The notes under the pieces: model-generated
Seen by the model: only the letters and a program-made list of their open reading frames with translations
Database searches by the model: none
Told to the model about the DNA's origin: nothing
Shown here: positions 24,274 through 39,131 of the stretch, piece by piece
Numbering within the stretch: the first letter of the stretch is position 1
Layout: every line of letters starts with the position of its first letter
From: Eledone cirrhosa
Lineage: Eukaryota
Direction of reading: 5' to 3'
Length of the DNA: 64,000 nucleotides
NCBI GenBank assembly: GCA_964016885.1
Contig: OZ024746.1
Coordinates: forward strand, 69,130,001 to 69,194,000
Position numbers and translations under genes: made by a program

Positions 24274-27267
24274 ACTAAGACCGTCAATTGCCTTAACTTG
24301 AATGTATATAAACCCACATCAATCAAATGCTATCCACAAACTCAAGCAAACATAATCCTACATTCAATTCCACTTATAAAGACTCATACTGTACGAGACA
24401 AAGTAAAAATCACACATGTCGTCCTTCAAAATCAAATCCCAATTCTCCTGGCAAAACAACAACCAGCCTGTATCAATTACTGGTATTGGGGTGATGGACA
24501 TCATCAGGTAGCAGCTATCACATTACATGGTTTCTATAATAATCTGCAGTGAATACCAACCTACTGCTTAACTAGCAATGCACCCACACATAACCAGTAA
24601 AACCAACAATGTTGTTTTAGCTATAATCTGTTATAAACTGGTAGGAGAAGGGGGTGATTTTAGAGTTGGCTTCTATTTCTAGCAGGGCAAACGACCATAT
24701 TGAAGCTCTCTTGTTGGATGAGAAGTAGTTTCATGTAGGTGAAATATAGCTAACAAAGTCAGATGCGAAGGTTTTATAGTGAATGTTAGAAGAGAGAATG
24801 TGAAGTAAACATATGTGAGTGTGAGTGTGTGTGCGTGCTAGTGGTTGTAGCATTGAATGAATCAATCTGGTAACTTTTTAGATATAGTCAAGGATGTTAT
24901 TATTGGGAAGGGGCTGCAGTATGGAACTTAATATGTAGTCAATACTCTAATTTAAACGGCAAAGTGGCAAAGTTGTTAGAACATTGGATAGAATGCTTTG
25001 CAGTATTCATTCCAGCTTTCTGTGCTCTGAATTTAAATCCTGCTCAAGTCAGCTTAGCCTTTACTCCTTTCAAGGTCAATAAAAAAAACACCAGTCTAGT
25101 ACCAGGGGTCGATTCTTCCTCTCTCACTCTCATTCGCTTTCCTTCTCTGGAAAAAACCAGCTGTGTTTAGACCTGGAAAGGACATGGGTTGTTGGGTTTA
25201 AAATGCCCAAGACATGTCATATGTCACTTAAGTGCCACAGCTCCATTAGGAATTACAGGTTTGTACATACATACTCTAAAGTAAAATGGTCAATAATTGA
25301 ATAGAGACAACATAGGGTAGAGAGGACTTGGACAACCTCACTAATACTAGTATCATGATAAAACACACCAAGTGCACTTTGTGAAGTGATTAATGTTAGG
25401 AAGGATATCCAGCTGTAGAAATTATAGCAAAAATGGAACATATGAGCACCAACATGGGTCTAGTTTCGTAGACAGTAAGTAACTAGTCGAAACCGGTATT
25501 TTTTGGCTCTCAAGAGCAAGCTTAGCTTTTGGGATGTACCTTTTGCTATGTTATAGATGTATGGTCTTTCTCAAAGATCACCTGAGATTCGTAATTAATT
25601 GGGGGATTTCAGTTCCATATTGTTTATAAGTAATGTTTCCTTAATATGTAGTGACTGTGTTTTAGTGCTGTTGAAGGAATCTAGTTTGTTGTATTCCTGT
25701 TTGAAGCTGTTTTGGAGGTTTCTATTGATGTAGGAATTGCAATGTCTATGTTGCATTGGGATTATAATTGTGTAGTGATGGTTAAGAAGGAGCAAAGGTT
25801 GATATCATCTATACAGGAGTATGTTTACTTAGGAGTGTTTCATCATCATCATCACCATCACTATTTGACATCTGTTTACCACACTTGCAGTTAGACAGAT
25901 TGTCACATTCTGAGGTTAGACAGACAGATCAGGAAACTGTGTCTTGCTCATATGTTCCATTTTGGTATGGTTTCTTAATGCTAACCACTTCACTGCATGT
26001 ACTGGGTTCATTTTTTTTGTGACACTACCACCACCTTTACTACATGACAGGGTAGACTGGGTGTTTTTTCTAGGCACCACTTTATGGTGTGAACTGGGTG
26101 CATTTTATTGTGACATCAGCACTTTTACTTTTCATGAATTGGATGCATTATCACAGTCCAGGACAAGACCGGTCAGATAGCTTTGCTCATACATTCCATA
26201 TTGTAGAATGGTTTCTATAGTTGGATGCCCTTCCTAATGCCAACTACATTACAGAGTATAATGGTGCATTTTATTATGGCACTAGCACTAGAGGTTTTCA
26301 AGTGCTCTGTAAGACTGAAACGTTCTTTCTACTCTAACAGAGCATTCCATTGTGTTTGTTAACACTCCCACTTCATTAGGAGTACCCTGGGTCTGTAAAT
26401 AGTTACACTGTATCCATGTAACCTCTTAAGAGGTGACTAATTATTGGCATCAGGAAGGGCATTTGGCCATAAAATACTGCCTCAAAAAATCCTATCCAAC
26501 TCATACTAGCATGAAAAAAATGGATGTAAAAACGATAACAATGAATTTTGAATTTCAGAATTTTGACTGCCTTCTTATGCAAAGGTTCTTCTCAAATTAG
26601 GTAAAACCTTTTGTGTAAGACAGGGGTATCTATCTTAAGGACTCAAAAGGGCCATTATGTTATGAGGGAGAGGCACAGCAGGCCAAAAGTGAGATGATAG
26701 GTGTAATTTCCCCCAGTTATGATGCTAATCTGTATTACAGCTGATAGGTTGCTATTTATTTATTTTTTGTCAAAATGAATACACACATGATAGTACAAAA
26801 TTTATGAGGAAAAGTTTTCCATTTCAAATTTCTATTAATTCTGTTTTTACTTTTGGTAAATTCCCATTTTTCTATTCTATTGTATTTCATGGGTTGAATT
26901 GTAATAAATTGTATTATAAATATTATAAAAACAGGGACAAATTACCAAATTTTAAGAAAATATTAGCCATGAGAATTTTTCTGCCAAGGGCCATAGAAAA
27001 GTAGTTTACAGGCTACATGCAGCTCGCAGGCTGCATGTTTGAGACCCCTGCTCTAACACTGTCAAACCTCTTAAATATATTTTTCTGTCTCATAGTTGTC
27101 TCTCCCTTTTAGACTCTTCAGTTTTCTTCAATAAGGCAATAACACATATGCAGCTTAATGAAAACAATACACCTGAGTGCATAAATGTAATATTATTTTA
27201 CTGTTAATAATTTGTAGCTGAAACTGGATGTTAGCAATGAAAGAAAAAAAAATGAAAGATTACGAAC

Positions 27268-27780
27268 CAATATTCTTTTGGCACTCCCTAGAATTCCAGC
27301 AATGATCACAATTATGAGGACATTGGTCAACACATTCTCGTGGGTCCTTATTATCAGCAATGGAATGGGCTTCATTTGAACCTTCAGAAGTGACTTTAGT
27401 CCAGTCTACAGTTTCTAAATAACAAAGGTTGGGACTTTTATTGAAACGGAGTGCTCCTCGCTGAATAACAGTTAAACTGCTCAAACCGATCTCCTCTAGA
27501 TCAGGCATTTCAAATGCAACCAGAGCATAATTGTAGAAAAGCTCCTGACCCCGAATAACAGTCAAGTTTGGGAAAAGGTCACGTAGAGTTTTAAGTCCAT
27601 AGGCACGATACATTATTAAGTAGTCTGTGATTTCAACTAATTTTGGGAAGCGTATGTTTTGGTAATCCTCAGGTTTCATGTAATCCAAAAGAATAATGCG
27701 CAAATATCCTTCTATCACAGTACAATGTTCTAATTGTTCGAAGTTCTCAATTTTGTTTTTTATTTCAATACTTGGACACA
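27268..27780 (-). CDS. InR: Insulin/IGF receptor family exon: L1 domain and start of the Cys-rich region
   Basis: CPSIEIKNKIENFEQLEHCTVIEGYLRI...FPKLVEITDYLIMYRAYGLKTLRDLFPNLTVIRGQELFYNYALVAFEMPDLEEIGL...LCYLETVDW is the classic INSR/IGF1R L1 sequence. Acceptor ttttgcag|TG, donor ATTG|gttcgt; 513 nt, phase 1-1. Confidence 0.97.
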
Positions 27781-30733
27781 CTGCAAAAGAAGGGGGGAAA
27801 ATGTTATTAAAATCTTAAATGACAATTGTTAAAAGTTTTAATGGAAAAATAATATCTGAATTGATAAATGAAGGCCAACCAAACAACTCCATTGTTTTAT
27901 CAATAAAAAAAATATCTATTCTAGGAATTTACAAAAAGACCTTCTCCCTAACTGCAATAATAGAACAATGAATGTATGTAACATTAAATAGACAAAGACA
28001 TTTATTATTTTAGTGTGAGCATATCATTTACTAATAATGCTTGGAATGAAAACTGAAACATATAAAGATATAAAAAAATCAAAGATTGTTTTTATTTAGA
28101 TATTTCATTCTGTTACTTCAGGCTCCGTTTGTTTAATTAAAAGAATTTAATCAAATGAATGAATTAACATTTTTCATTCCAATTTTGTTGTGTTTATCTG
28201 AATTCAAAGATACCACAGAAGTAAATGATGAAAAACTACTAACAAGCCATTACAACTCAAAATAACAGATGATGCTCAAGTTAATCTAACTTCTAAAGTA
28301 AATTCTTTTAAACATATATCAAATAAAACCAGTTTAACAGCAATTTTATTGTGAAAAGATAAAGTAACTTACATTCACAAAAATCCATATGAGTTTTGTT
28401 AATTGCATTTTGTAGTTCACAGGATTTTTTTCTTAATAAGCAATCATTTGCATATATCTTGTGGTCTGTACCGCAAATTTGTGATCTGTTAAGAAAAGAG
28501 ATGTAACTTAATGAAAACTATATATATATATTTATTTTGTTTTTGTATTTGTTTTGCAATATTTCTTATCTGAAAATGTGTGTTGAAACAGATATTGTTA
28601 TATGAACTGAAGATTTGGTCTTGTTTAATTAAGTCATGTACTAGTGGTCTCTTATCCCGAGAAACTTAAGAAGTCGAAAGCAATGCAGCTTTGGCATCAG
28701 TAAATTTTTCAGCTGTGTCTATCGCATGAACCTTCAAACTAAGTTGTCTAAATATGGGCTCCATCTGTCCTCCAACTCTCGGAACCAAAATTTCATCATC
28801 ATTTTAATGTCTGTTTTCCCCACTAGCAAGGGTTGGATAGATCTACATAGACCAAGTCAGTACTGAAGCAGGGCTACTTATCTCCCAGACAGACCAGAGA
28901 TCTGTTGCCTTGCTTATGTAAGGTCTCACATTCTACCGAGTACACAGGAGAGGTTGTCGGGTCTTTGACAGAACTGAGGGGTCCTCCGAACCCTTTATTT
29001 GGCAAACATTCTATGGCTGGATGTCCTTCTTATCACCATCCACTTTACAGTGTGTACTGGGCGCAATTATCATGTAGTTCAAAAACAACGGAAGCTGCCA
29101 TGTTTTTGACATGACTGAAAGGTCTTCCCTATTCCATTGTAGTATGCGCTCACAAAACTCTCTCCAATCCACAATCTTTTAATCCCACTGCACTCTCCTT
29201 GGGTTGGTTACACCTTCTACACATTTCTTTATGTACAAATTACATATCTTCACCTTTCCTTAACTTTCCTTTGAATCTAACATAGATCATCTCAATGAAC
29301 ACAACTCAAAAACACCCTCCACAGAAAGTGTTAGCCCAATCATTATTAATAACACACAAGACACATTCACTACATATATGAAAGAAGGTCTTGTTCTATA
29401 CCATTCCTATACATCAACAACTTCCATCGAATATGGCACCACAAAACTGTTGATCTACCCAAGCAACCTGTTTCATCTATTGTCTCATCTGCCAAACCTT
29501 GCACTAAACAATTTGTCCAAACATATATTAGGAACTTTTATTGACCACATTCCTACAAACATCAATGGACAGAAGGTCAAATTCAATATTATAATTATGC
29601 ATTATTTTCTCATGTGCAATGGGTATTGCATCTCCTGTGCTGACAAAACAATACATACTCAGTACTATCTATTACAAAAAACTTGTGATGTGTAATAAGT
29701 AAGACAAATAGGAATTGTTTTATATTTTGTAAGCATGTAAAACTTCCCCAAAAAGGGGAAAATCAAATAGACTTTGGACAGATTGAATTCAAAATAGGAC
29801 ATAGAGCAAGAAGCATACCAACAATATTCTATTTCAAAAGGAATGCTGATGATTCTAAAGTAGAAACAAGAGGCAATAAGGAAGCCAGTTAGAGTGGTTT
29901 AAAAACTAGTAAGGTAACCTTGAAAAGCAATTGATAATGTATTATAACAATAGGAAGTAATACAGCAAATTCACAACCCTTGAAAGCAGGAAATGGTTCT
30001 CAAGCATATGAATGAGATCAAGCTGCACCTTTACATAATTATAGTAGAAGGAAATAATGGATTCACATTAAAAATGAATAGTATGCATTAAAAGTGAAAG
30101 AAATTTCAGATAGATAAATTCTTTGCATGCGAAGTTGTCCTGTAGTATTACTAACATATATTTTACATAATTATTTTTTCTAACTATATATGAAAAGAGC
30201 ACAAGATGATTATTTTGAACACATTATATGTTCTAATTCTTATTCTTTCAGACAGATCTTAATCAATTCTTAATGTCCTATTTCACATAAAACCACATTA
30301 AAAAGACATTCTTGAAAAGTACAAAATAGCACTAAGATTGTACGACATCAATTATTGATTTTTAATTTAGGCACAATGCCAGCAAATTGAAAAGGAAGGG
30401 CAAAATTTATGAAATCAACGTAGTTATTTCACTGGTATTTTATTTTATCGACTTTGGAAGGATGAAAGGCAAAGCTGACTTCATCAGTATTTGAACAGTG
30501 TAGAAAGTCGTAACTAAATACCACAAAGCATTTTGACCAACTCTCTACTGATATTACCAATCCACTGCCTCCATCACATTAAACATTTAAGTCTTTACTA
30601 TAATGCTGCAAATTGTCACAACAATCTGTCCACTAGTAAATATACTATAAATATTTAAATTACCAGCACCCCGCTTAAAAAAAAAGAGAGACATTTTCCT
30701 TCTAAATCCTTGCAAGTTAATAGTTAAGATAAT

Positions 30734-30913
30734 TGTTTCTACTTTAGGCACAAGGCCAGCAATTACCCAGTGCATTACTGGTACTTTATTTTATCGACCC
30801 CGTAAGGATGAAAGGCAAAGTCAACCTCGGCGGGATTTGAACTCAGATCGTAAAGGGACGTAACTATGCTGGAAAGCATGGCGTCCGACCCTCTACCGAT
30901 ACTGCCAATCCAC
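30734..30913 (-). mobile_element. SINE family B with 9-bp TSD
   Basis: TAAGATAAT at 30725-30733 and 30914-30922; close match to 15136-15325. Further diverged copies at about 20400-20535, 24955-25110, 30350-30570, 33600-33760, 34276-34476, 38060-38235, 50570-50727 and 63485-63667. Confidence 0.9.
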
Positions 30914-31187
30914 TAAGATAATGCAGTTAACCAAGAGATAGTTTGTACTGATGACATATGGACAACTAAGGGGCTGCAACAAAATTAGGTACTGATTTAT
31001 CACTGGTTGAATGTTAATTGGATAGTAACTAAAGTTGAAGGTATTTGAACTAGGTAATAAAACATAAAATATGCCAATGACATTCAATCCTGAATAATCA
31101 ATTCCAGTCCAGACTTCTGATGAAAACAAGATATTTCTCTCGGGATCAAGTGACACTATTTTTAACAGTTTCATACAGTGTCTAGAC

Positions 31188-32545
31188 AGTTCTCTTCTTT
31201 GCTCTTGCTCGATGGGATTGGGGTTGTCCTAGAGGCATCATTGTGCACAAAGTTGACCAGGTCTAGCAGTGCCCTCGATCGCTGGCCAGCCCCATTGCAT
31301 TCTTCCTTAGTCACATCCAGCAATCTGATGTGGGGCTTGCTGTGGAATCTCTTCTAGCCTGAAGCTGCTGCGCTGAACAAGAGTAAGACCCTGGTAGAAT
31401 GATCTAGCGGGAGGCAGAGAACGAGTGCTTGCAGCAGATGGCTATGAGATGGGAGGCTGCAGGGTGATGCGCATGCGCGAATGCAACTTTGTTGGAAACG
31501 TGGTGGTACCATCTGATATTTTTGATGGTCCTCAGGGCTTTGCTACCAAAGCTGGCAATCTTCTTTGCCAGGCTCTTTGTGAGGGACCATGTTTCTGCTC
31601 CAAAGAGTAGAATAGAAAGGACTGATGCATTATAGATATGGAACTTCATCTTCTGGGAGACAGAGCATTGACTCCATAGGGAGTGCATGACTCCGGTGGC
31701 CAGACATCTGCAATTGATCTCCTGGGTCAGGTTTCCATTGTTAGTGACTGATGAGCCATGGTAAATGAAGGAGCAGACAAACTCCATGACGTTGGGGCCA
31801 ATATGGAGCGGAAGGATCCGGGCCATTGCTGACCTGCATCAGCTTGGTATTTTGCCAGCTCACCTGAAGGCCAAGCTTTGCTGATTCCTCCTGACATGAT
31901 CAATGTGTCCCTCAGCTGATATTTGAATTACTGAATAGGGGAGTGTCATCCGCATACTCCAATTCAGTAAGGTCCTAGTTCCCGAAGGTAAAACCAGAAA
32001 TTGGCTCACATACTTTGGTGATCAGAGAATCGATGACACAGCTGAAGAGGTCAGGGGCAGCCATGCAGCCCTGTCTGACCCCGCTGTTTATGGAGGAACT
32101 AGCCGGAATCCTTCCCGTTCACCCGCATGCAGCTCTTGGCACTGCTATAGAGCTGTTGGAACAGGGTGGTGATCTCAAGAAGCACACTGACGAGCTTGAG
32201 AATTTTCCAGAGGGATGCGTGGTTGACCATGTTGAAAGCCACCTTGAGGTCGATGAATGTGATGTAGAAACGGCAATCTCCTTGGAATTCTCGAGATCTT
32301 TCAATAATGAGAAGGGGGACAGAAACATTGTCGACAGTAGATCAAGTGGCTTCCAAATGACTGGATCCAGGGCATCATTCTCCCCTTCTGGAAATGGAAG
32401 GGCAACAAACTCATATACAGCAACCACAGGGGCATCATGCTCTTCTCTGTTGCAAATAAGATCTTCACCAAGATCCACTCCGGCCATGCTCTTCTCACCA
32501 TTAGAAGCAGATATCGCCCACAAGCCGGATTCTTGCCAGTTCCCA
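31188..32545 (-). mobile_element. Decayed, 5'-truncated RTE-like LINE (RT remnant)
   Basis: Minus-strand fragments GVRQGCMAAPDLF, ELEYADD (about 31946-31966) and IYNASVLSILLFGAETW; many frameshifts; GC-rich relative to flanks. Confidence 0.85.
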
Positions 32546-33089
32546 CAAATTATAAATTTACAGCCAATATTCTTTCTGTTTGATCTACATTTAGAACTTT
32601 TTAATTATTATTATTTTTTACTATTTAGTCTGCGAAGTGGTTGGTGATATGAAAGGCTGTAGAAACCATGCCAAAATCAGAATATGCCAGTAAGATGTAC
32701 CCCCACCTCCAAGTATTCTGCTAGTACAAAATAAGTGAAAAATTGAGAAAGAAAGAATTCAATTTTTGAAAACAAAATAATTTTGTAAACACTTCTCAGG
32801 GAGCCATTTTTCCATGTTGGTGGTGATATCTAGTTACTGGGTAAGTATATTTGTAGTTTCATAGCCACTGTATCCTATCAATCTATTCTTTATTATTTCT
32901 TTAAATTCTAAGCTGCATTCTATCAATTTATCTTAGCTATTTTTTGCAAGCTATGCCATGGGTGGGTTTCTCTCTATCTCTGTCAATCTCTCTCTCTCCA
33001 GCATATCAACTACATAGCATTTATTAATGACTATGCCCTTTTCTAAGTACAGCAGGGATTTTCATATATTTTAAAATATTATTTGTATA

Positions 33090-33122
<33 letters not shown>

Positions 33123-33175
33123 CACACATTTATGCATTTGTTTTGCAAGATTCTTGATGTGAAATTATGAGCTGA

Positions 33176-33420
33176 AACCAATATTGTTATATTTGGGGAT
33201 ATATTGCCAATATTGCCAATAGAAAGAAACACACACACCATATGATTTTCACTTTATGTTTATTACTAGTTATTCATTAGTTCATCAAAGTTCTTCAGAG
33301 AAACTAACAAATGACCAGTAGTAAAAATAAAGTGAAAAAGCGAAAATCATATGGTGCATATGTTTCTTTTTATTGGCAATATTGGCAACATGACCATTCC
33401 CAAATATAACAATATCGGTT
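33176..33420. repeat. Imperfect 245-bp palindrome (fold-back/MITE-like)
   Basis: AACCAATATTGTTATATTTGGG..TTGCCAATATTGCCAATA..CACCATATGATTTTC is mirrored by GAAAATCATATGGTG..TATTGGCAATATTGGCAA..CCCAAATATAACAATATCGGTT. Confidence 0.85.
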
Positions 33421-36400
33421 ATATGTATATAAAGGCACATGGCTTAGTGGTTAGAGCCCTGGGTTCAGAATCATAAGGTTATATATAAATATAAAAAAAG
33501 GAAGAGTACTTCTGGTGTCATTAGTAACCAGACTAGTCTTCTTTTATTGGTTCCATTGGATTTCAGCAATGCTGAAGCCCTGTCATCTAGGATACCAAGT
33601 TGATTACATCAAGCCCTGAACTTATTCTGTTGACATTGGAAGGATAAAAGACAAAGTCAACATGGGTGGGATTTAAACCAAAAATGTAAACAAAAAAAAC
33701 ATGGCCAAACATTACAAAGTATTTTGCCCAACACTCGACCAATTCTGCTATCCACCCATCATTAAAGAATTTCTACATTAATTAAAAAAATTTCTATCTT
33801 CAGTTCAAATATATGGCAAAAGTTTACTCAATATAAGATATCAGCGTCAGTAAAATAACCAACGCCCTAATGACGTCACTCAGTTTATACACCACACAAG
33901 CTAGTCACGGTTGGTGCATATTGTGAATGGCAATCACCAATATTTCACTGTTAAAATAATTGCCTTTATTTTAGATAAGCAGCCTACTAAACCCAGCCTT
34001 GATTATCAACAGCTCTCTATTGTACAGTGGAATGGTTGGTGAAGGAATGGAAGCAAACTCTTGTTGGTAAACATGTAATTCATCATAGACTTAAAAAAAT
34101 ATTTCTAAAATATTAAATTCTGACGTCAACTGAGGCAGAGTTTTATATATCAGTGATGTTGTTGTTTAGCCCTCAAGTTGGCCTAGATCAAGCAGACATA
34201 TGATTAAAGGAATCCATCCCATATCCAAATACATTATTTTTTAAGGCTTTATGGTGTTATTTCTAGCAGGTCAAGGGCAGTGGATTGGCAGAGTCAGTAA
34301 AGCATCAGACAAGCGCTTAGTGGTATTTAATTACGCCCCTTTACGTTCAAATCTTGCAGAGGTCAACTTTGCCTTTCATCCTTCTAGGGTCAATAAAAAA
34401 AGTACTGGTGTCAATTTAATTGACTTTCCCTTTCCCCACAACTGCTGGCCTTATGTCAATGTTAGAAATCATTATTTCTGGCAGGTCAAGTGACCATACA
34501 ATCTCCTTCATTAGTTTGTAATGGCAATGTAAGTATGTGCAGGGTGAAGCATGTTTAATGTTCATTATAAAATAGTGGCATGTATTCCTAAGAACTAAGG
34601 TAAACATTGCTTACCCTATAAAAAAAATTATTATTTATTTAATTATCTAACCTCTCCTTTTCTGATTCACAGTTTCCTAGATGAGCAGACTCACCACCAT
34701 GGAACTTATAGCATTAACATTTTGGGATAATATAATAAATTACTAATGGTATAAACCCCTTTCAAACATAATAGATCTTGAGAGACAGCATCACTGTGTG
34801 AGACTACTACTCCTTAATTATGCAACATTCTATTTGCTTATTCCAACATAGTTTTCATGACATGCTACTGGCATTACTGAATATACTTGAATATAAGTCA
34901 ACTTCCTTATGCCTGAGAAATAGCAAAAATCCAAACCCCATGAATAAGCCGAGGCAGCTAATCAACATATTATGTTTAGATTGTGCGGTTTTAAAATTCT
35001 GAGTGGAGAATATATTTATGAAAGTTTTAATGTTTTAATATTTAAAATGTTTTAAGTGTCATTTAGAGTATAGATTTTGTTTCACAACTCCATTACGTAA
35101 TGATTTTTTTTTATCAATTCTGATTGTTTTGAAGAACATATTCACTTAAAACATATCAAAAACAAATTTCCCCTCCAAAGTGAAACTGGTGTAATATTCA
35201 TTTACTTAGAATTTGAAGTTTGTGAAAATCAGAAAAATATTGACCTTGAATATAACACACCCCTCCAATTTTACCCTTGATTTATTTTTCTAGACATATT
35301 TCTTGGTCTATACACAAGTATACGGTAAGTGAAAATTGTTCACAAATTGCGTGAAAGCTTTTAACAAAGATAGGGTGATGTTTGATAAAGAACCTAAGTC
35401 TGATTATACAGAATACCTGGGGAGTCAACAATCCTCTACTAACTTTATCTATGATTTCATGTTAGTGGAATATGCCATCTGCCACAGAAAATAGACATGG
35501 ATGTGTGTGTCAGTATATAAACTCATTTTCAATTGTAACTTTTATGGAGAGAATTCTATTTTGGTGTGTGTATGTGTGGTGGAGGATTCATTAATGAACA
35601 AAAAGAGTGGTTTTTAGTATTTTAACTACCAAGGAGTCTATTTATTTAAATGAATTTTCCCAGACAGACCTACAATTACTCCTCAGTTAGATTTTTATAG
35701 TGAGAATAACAATTGAAAGTGAGAAAAGTTTATACTTAGAGGATAATGGATAGACTAAAAAAAAAATGTTTTCCCCCTACAAAGTACATGAAACTTTGAA
35801 GTTAGCTCACAGACCCAGGTTGGTAAATGCTGAACAAAAATGTATTTTATACTCTTATGTTAGAATTTAAACCAGCCATATTTGGCCAGAATTTTCTCAC
35901 CTCTTTCTGTTCAAACCAGCTATAACTGACTACTCATACTGATGTTCAGTTATTGTTCTCAAAATGAATAATATCAAAATCTCATAGATTCAATATTATG
36001 TGCGATAATTATGTAAGATAGAGCCTTTACTGTGAAAATACTGTGAAAATACAATAGTATATATAGAGTGATTTATATGCTAAAGGGTTGAATCTAAATA
36101 GGAACAATTTAGAATGGGTGGTTTTTGTTTCACAGAATCAGGATCAGTTTTGGATGGGTTAAAATGAAAAGGGTTAATAACTGTAATCAAGAAATTCATT
36201 TAACAACAGCATGATTTAAATTCCTTAAAGAGTGATTAGAAAGACAAGAAAACTATTTCTACATACGTAGTAGGTTCATTACTGCAGTCATGGGAACATT
36301 TACATCGTTTATCTCCATTTTCCAATTCTTCACAAACACCATCAAAGAGGCAAGATGTTGCATTGCATAAAATAACTGAACCTAGAGAAATGGTGAGAAA

Positions 36401-37310
36401 ATTATAGATATAAGAATGTTTTTTTTTTGTTTTTTAATTTTCAATTTTTAATTTTTAATCCTGGTGAAGTTAAAATAGAATTTGAATGAAATCAATTAGA
36501 ATATCTGGAAGAAAATTCAAAGAAATTTGCTGGAATAGATACCAAAAATTGATTAAGACATTATTTAAAATTTTTTCCTTTTACAAAAAACAAAATGTTA
36601 AATTTGCAAAGAATTATAAAGACAAACAGTAAAAAAAGTAAAATACAAACTGATGACAAAAGTTTATATAAAATATGAGTAAATTAGTTCTGATTATGTA
36701 ACTTACTGAACACAACAGGTTTGAATATCTTGAAAGAAAAAAAAGTATGATCTCCCAAAAATATTCATTTCAAATATGTGTACAATTGGTTTCTTTTAGA
36801 AGTAAAAATAAGGGGATTGTAAGGAAATTACTAGAATTTCTAACAATCACCACCACCACCACCCACACAAAGATTTGAACTCCAAATTGTCAAACATTTA
36901 ACTAGATAAACTAAATCTTCTTAGCCAAGACTTCCTAACATCTATCCCAGAGGTCTCAAACATGCAGCCCACAAACTACTTTTCTATGGCCTGAGGCAGA
37001 ACAAAGGTAAATTAGTCCCTCTACATTTTTGACTAATTCACATGTACTTACTATCATATGTATCTTCATTTTGATAATAAAAAAAAAAAAGGACATAATA
37101 AATAGCAGCCTAGTGGCTGTATTGCTACAAATTAGCATTATAACTGGTAGAAATCATCTCCCTTTTGGCCTACTGAACCTCACCCCCAGGAGGTAATAAC
37201 CTATTTTAGTCCTTGAGCTTGAGATACCTGATCTAACCAAACTAGCATTTAATCAGTATATAAAGATATAAAGGCAATGCTTAACTATGAACCGAGAAAA
37301 TGAAAGTTTA

Positions 37311-37317
<7 letters not shown>

Positions 37318-37392
<75 letters not shown>

Positions 37393-37412
37393 AGAGAGAG
37401 AGAGAGAGAGAG
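37318..37412. repeat. Compound (TA)n(GA)n microsatellite
   Basis: Direct reading. Confidence 0.95.
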
Positions 37413-39131
37413 AACTGATAGTAGTAATGAAGGAACCCCCTCCAAGATTTATCATTGATAGAATAGATAGAATTCCTGCTCTTTGAACATAATTAAATAA
37501 ACAGACTAGTGATTGCTTTATAACATACAATATATATATGAAGTTAGAGGTGTGTATCAGAAATATAAAGTAAGATTATATTTCATGTTAATCATTTCTT
37601 ATTGACAGCCTTAGCTAAAATAATTTCAACAAGATATTAAAAAAAAAACGAAAAAAAAAACTCCCACTGAACTTATTTTTTAGGTGAAAATCAAGAAACA
37701 ACAAGAAATTAAGGCATTTCAAATACTTCAATATCAGACATGGCAAAAGAAATAATATATTAAAAAAATAATAAAAACAATAATAATTGAGATTAAAAAC
37801 AGTTAAGAGAATCTCATGTCATCAACTAAAACAAGAGCTGAGTTTATATCAAGGCTATTGAGTAAACTAAGAACACTGGGGTCCTTATTATCAAATAAAA
37901 CATCCCAGAAATCCCTTATGAGAGGCTAATAAATGGATAAAGATCCCATAACTCCTTATGGAATCATGGAGGCACCGTCAAACGGTGTGTCTAGGGCACT
38001 TTTAAACCTGGCAAAGCCCAACCCTCTCCAGGTTTGAACCCAGCTGATTTTTTTCTATAGAGGAAGAATCGATACCCAGTACTGGACTGGTGCTTTTTTT
38101 TTTTTTATTGACCTCGAAAGGATGAAAGGCAAAGTTGTCCCTGGCGGGATTTGAACCCAGAGTGCACAATGAGGTGGGACGAATACCGTAAAGCATTCTA
38201 TCCGACGTCTTAACAACTCTGCCAATTCACCGCCTAAACTATACAGATGAACAATTAAATAGAAACTAATGTGTTAGTGTATAATATGTTTATACTATTT
38301 TGATATAAATCACCATTTTGTTATGTTATTTTCTCACATTGCTATAAACCACATTCAAGAAAATTCCCATGTGACATGGAAAGCAGTTACTTATTAATTA
38401 GTGTAACAATATTTACTTATTGGCAACACAATAGAGATTGAATCAGCAGTAGGAGTTAATAGAACATAAATAAACTCATTAGACAATTTTTATATAGACG
38501 TTTTGTTGTACTTATTGATTTTTTTTGTTTGTTTGATTCTGGAATTATCTTTGAGATATCTATGTACAAGGCAACATGTTTCTCCGCCTTAAAGATTCTG
38601 ACAGACCTCAATGGCATTTTGGACTTAAATATTTTCAAACTTTCATTATTCAGAAAGGCCATGGCATATATAACTCTTGTTGGTCCCTGTTTGAAACTTT
38701 AAAAAAACTCACAAAACCCCGCAAAGACATCGAAATAGTATTGATATCCATCAATTGATCTTACATAATACAAAAGGTGAAATAGAAAGAGACGGCTTAA
38801 TCTTCTACATTCTAAAAAAAATTATTAGTTCATCAGTATATTATCAAATCCAGGTGTCATTTTATCACCTATTTAGCATTGAATATGTTTGATGGCTGCT
38901 TCACAAGCATATTGCTCTGTGTTTCATCCTAATGTGAAATGCATTGGGCAAATATTTTTTGCCAGAGCCATGGGTTTGAGAGAGAGAGAGAGTTTTACTT
39001 AGGCACTTTGGCAAGAAACCGAAAGAAAAATATATATGCAAGATTCCCTTATTTTTGCCATCAAAATGCAATGTGTTTGTGATTTTCAATCATGCTTTTG
39101 TTCATAAATTATGATGTATGATATATAATAA

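Noticed and set aside
24049-24552. 167-aa ORF
   Set aside because: It runs through (TA)n, (TG)n and (CA)n microsatellites and a degenerate 70-bp direct repeat; no recognisable domain.
25595-25830. Possible Penelope GIY-YIG remnant (LHIKETLLI), and a YRKP-like fragment at about 22916-23158
   Set aside because: Only short motifs in degraded sequence; cannot be supported without a profile search.
27260-27267. Stop codon ending the L1 ORF (secreted, truncated receptor)
   Set aside because: A phase-1 donor at 27267 joins in frame to the 7984 exon, so the stop is intronic.
32015-32647. 210-aa plus-strand ORF, and other antisense ORFs over 39588-46605
   Set aside because: These are shadow ORFs on the opposite strand of LINE coding sequence.
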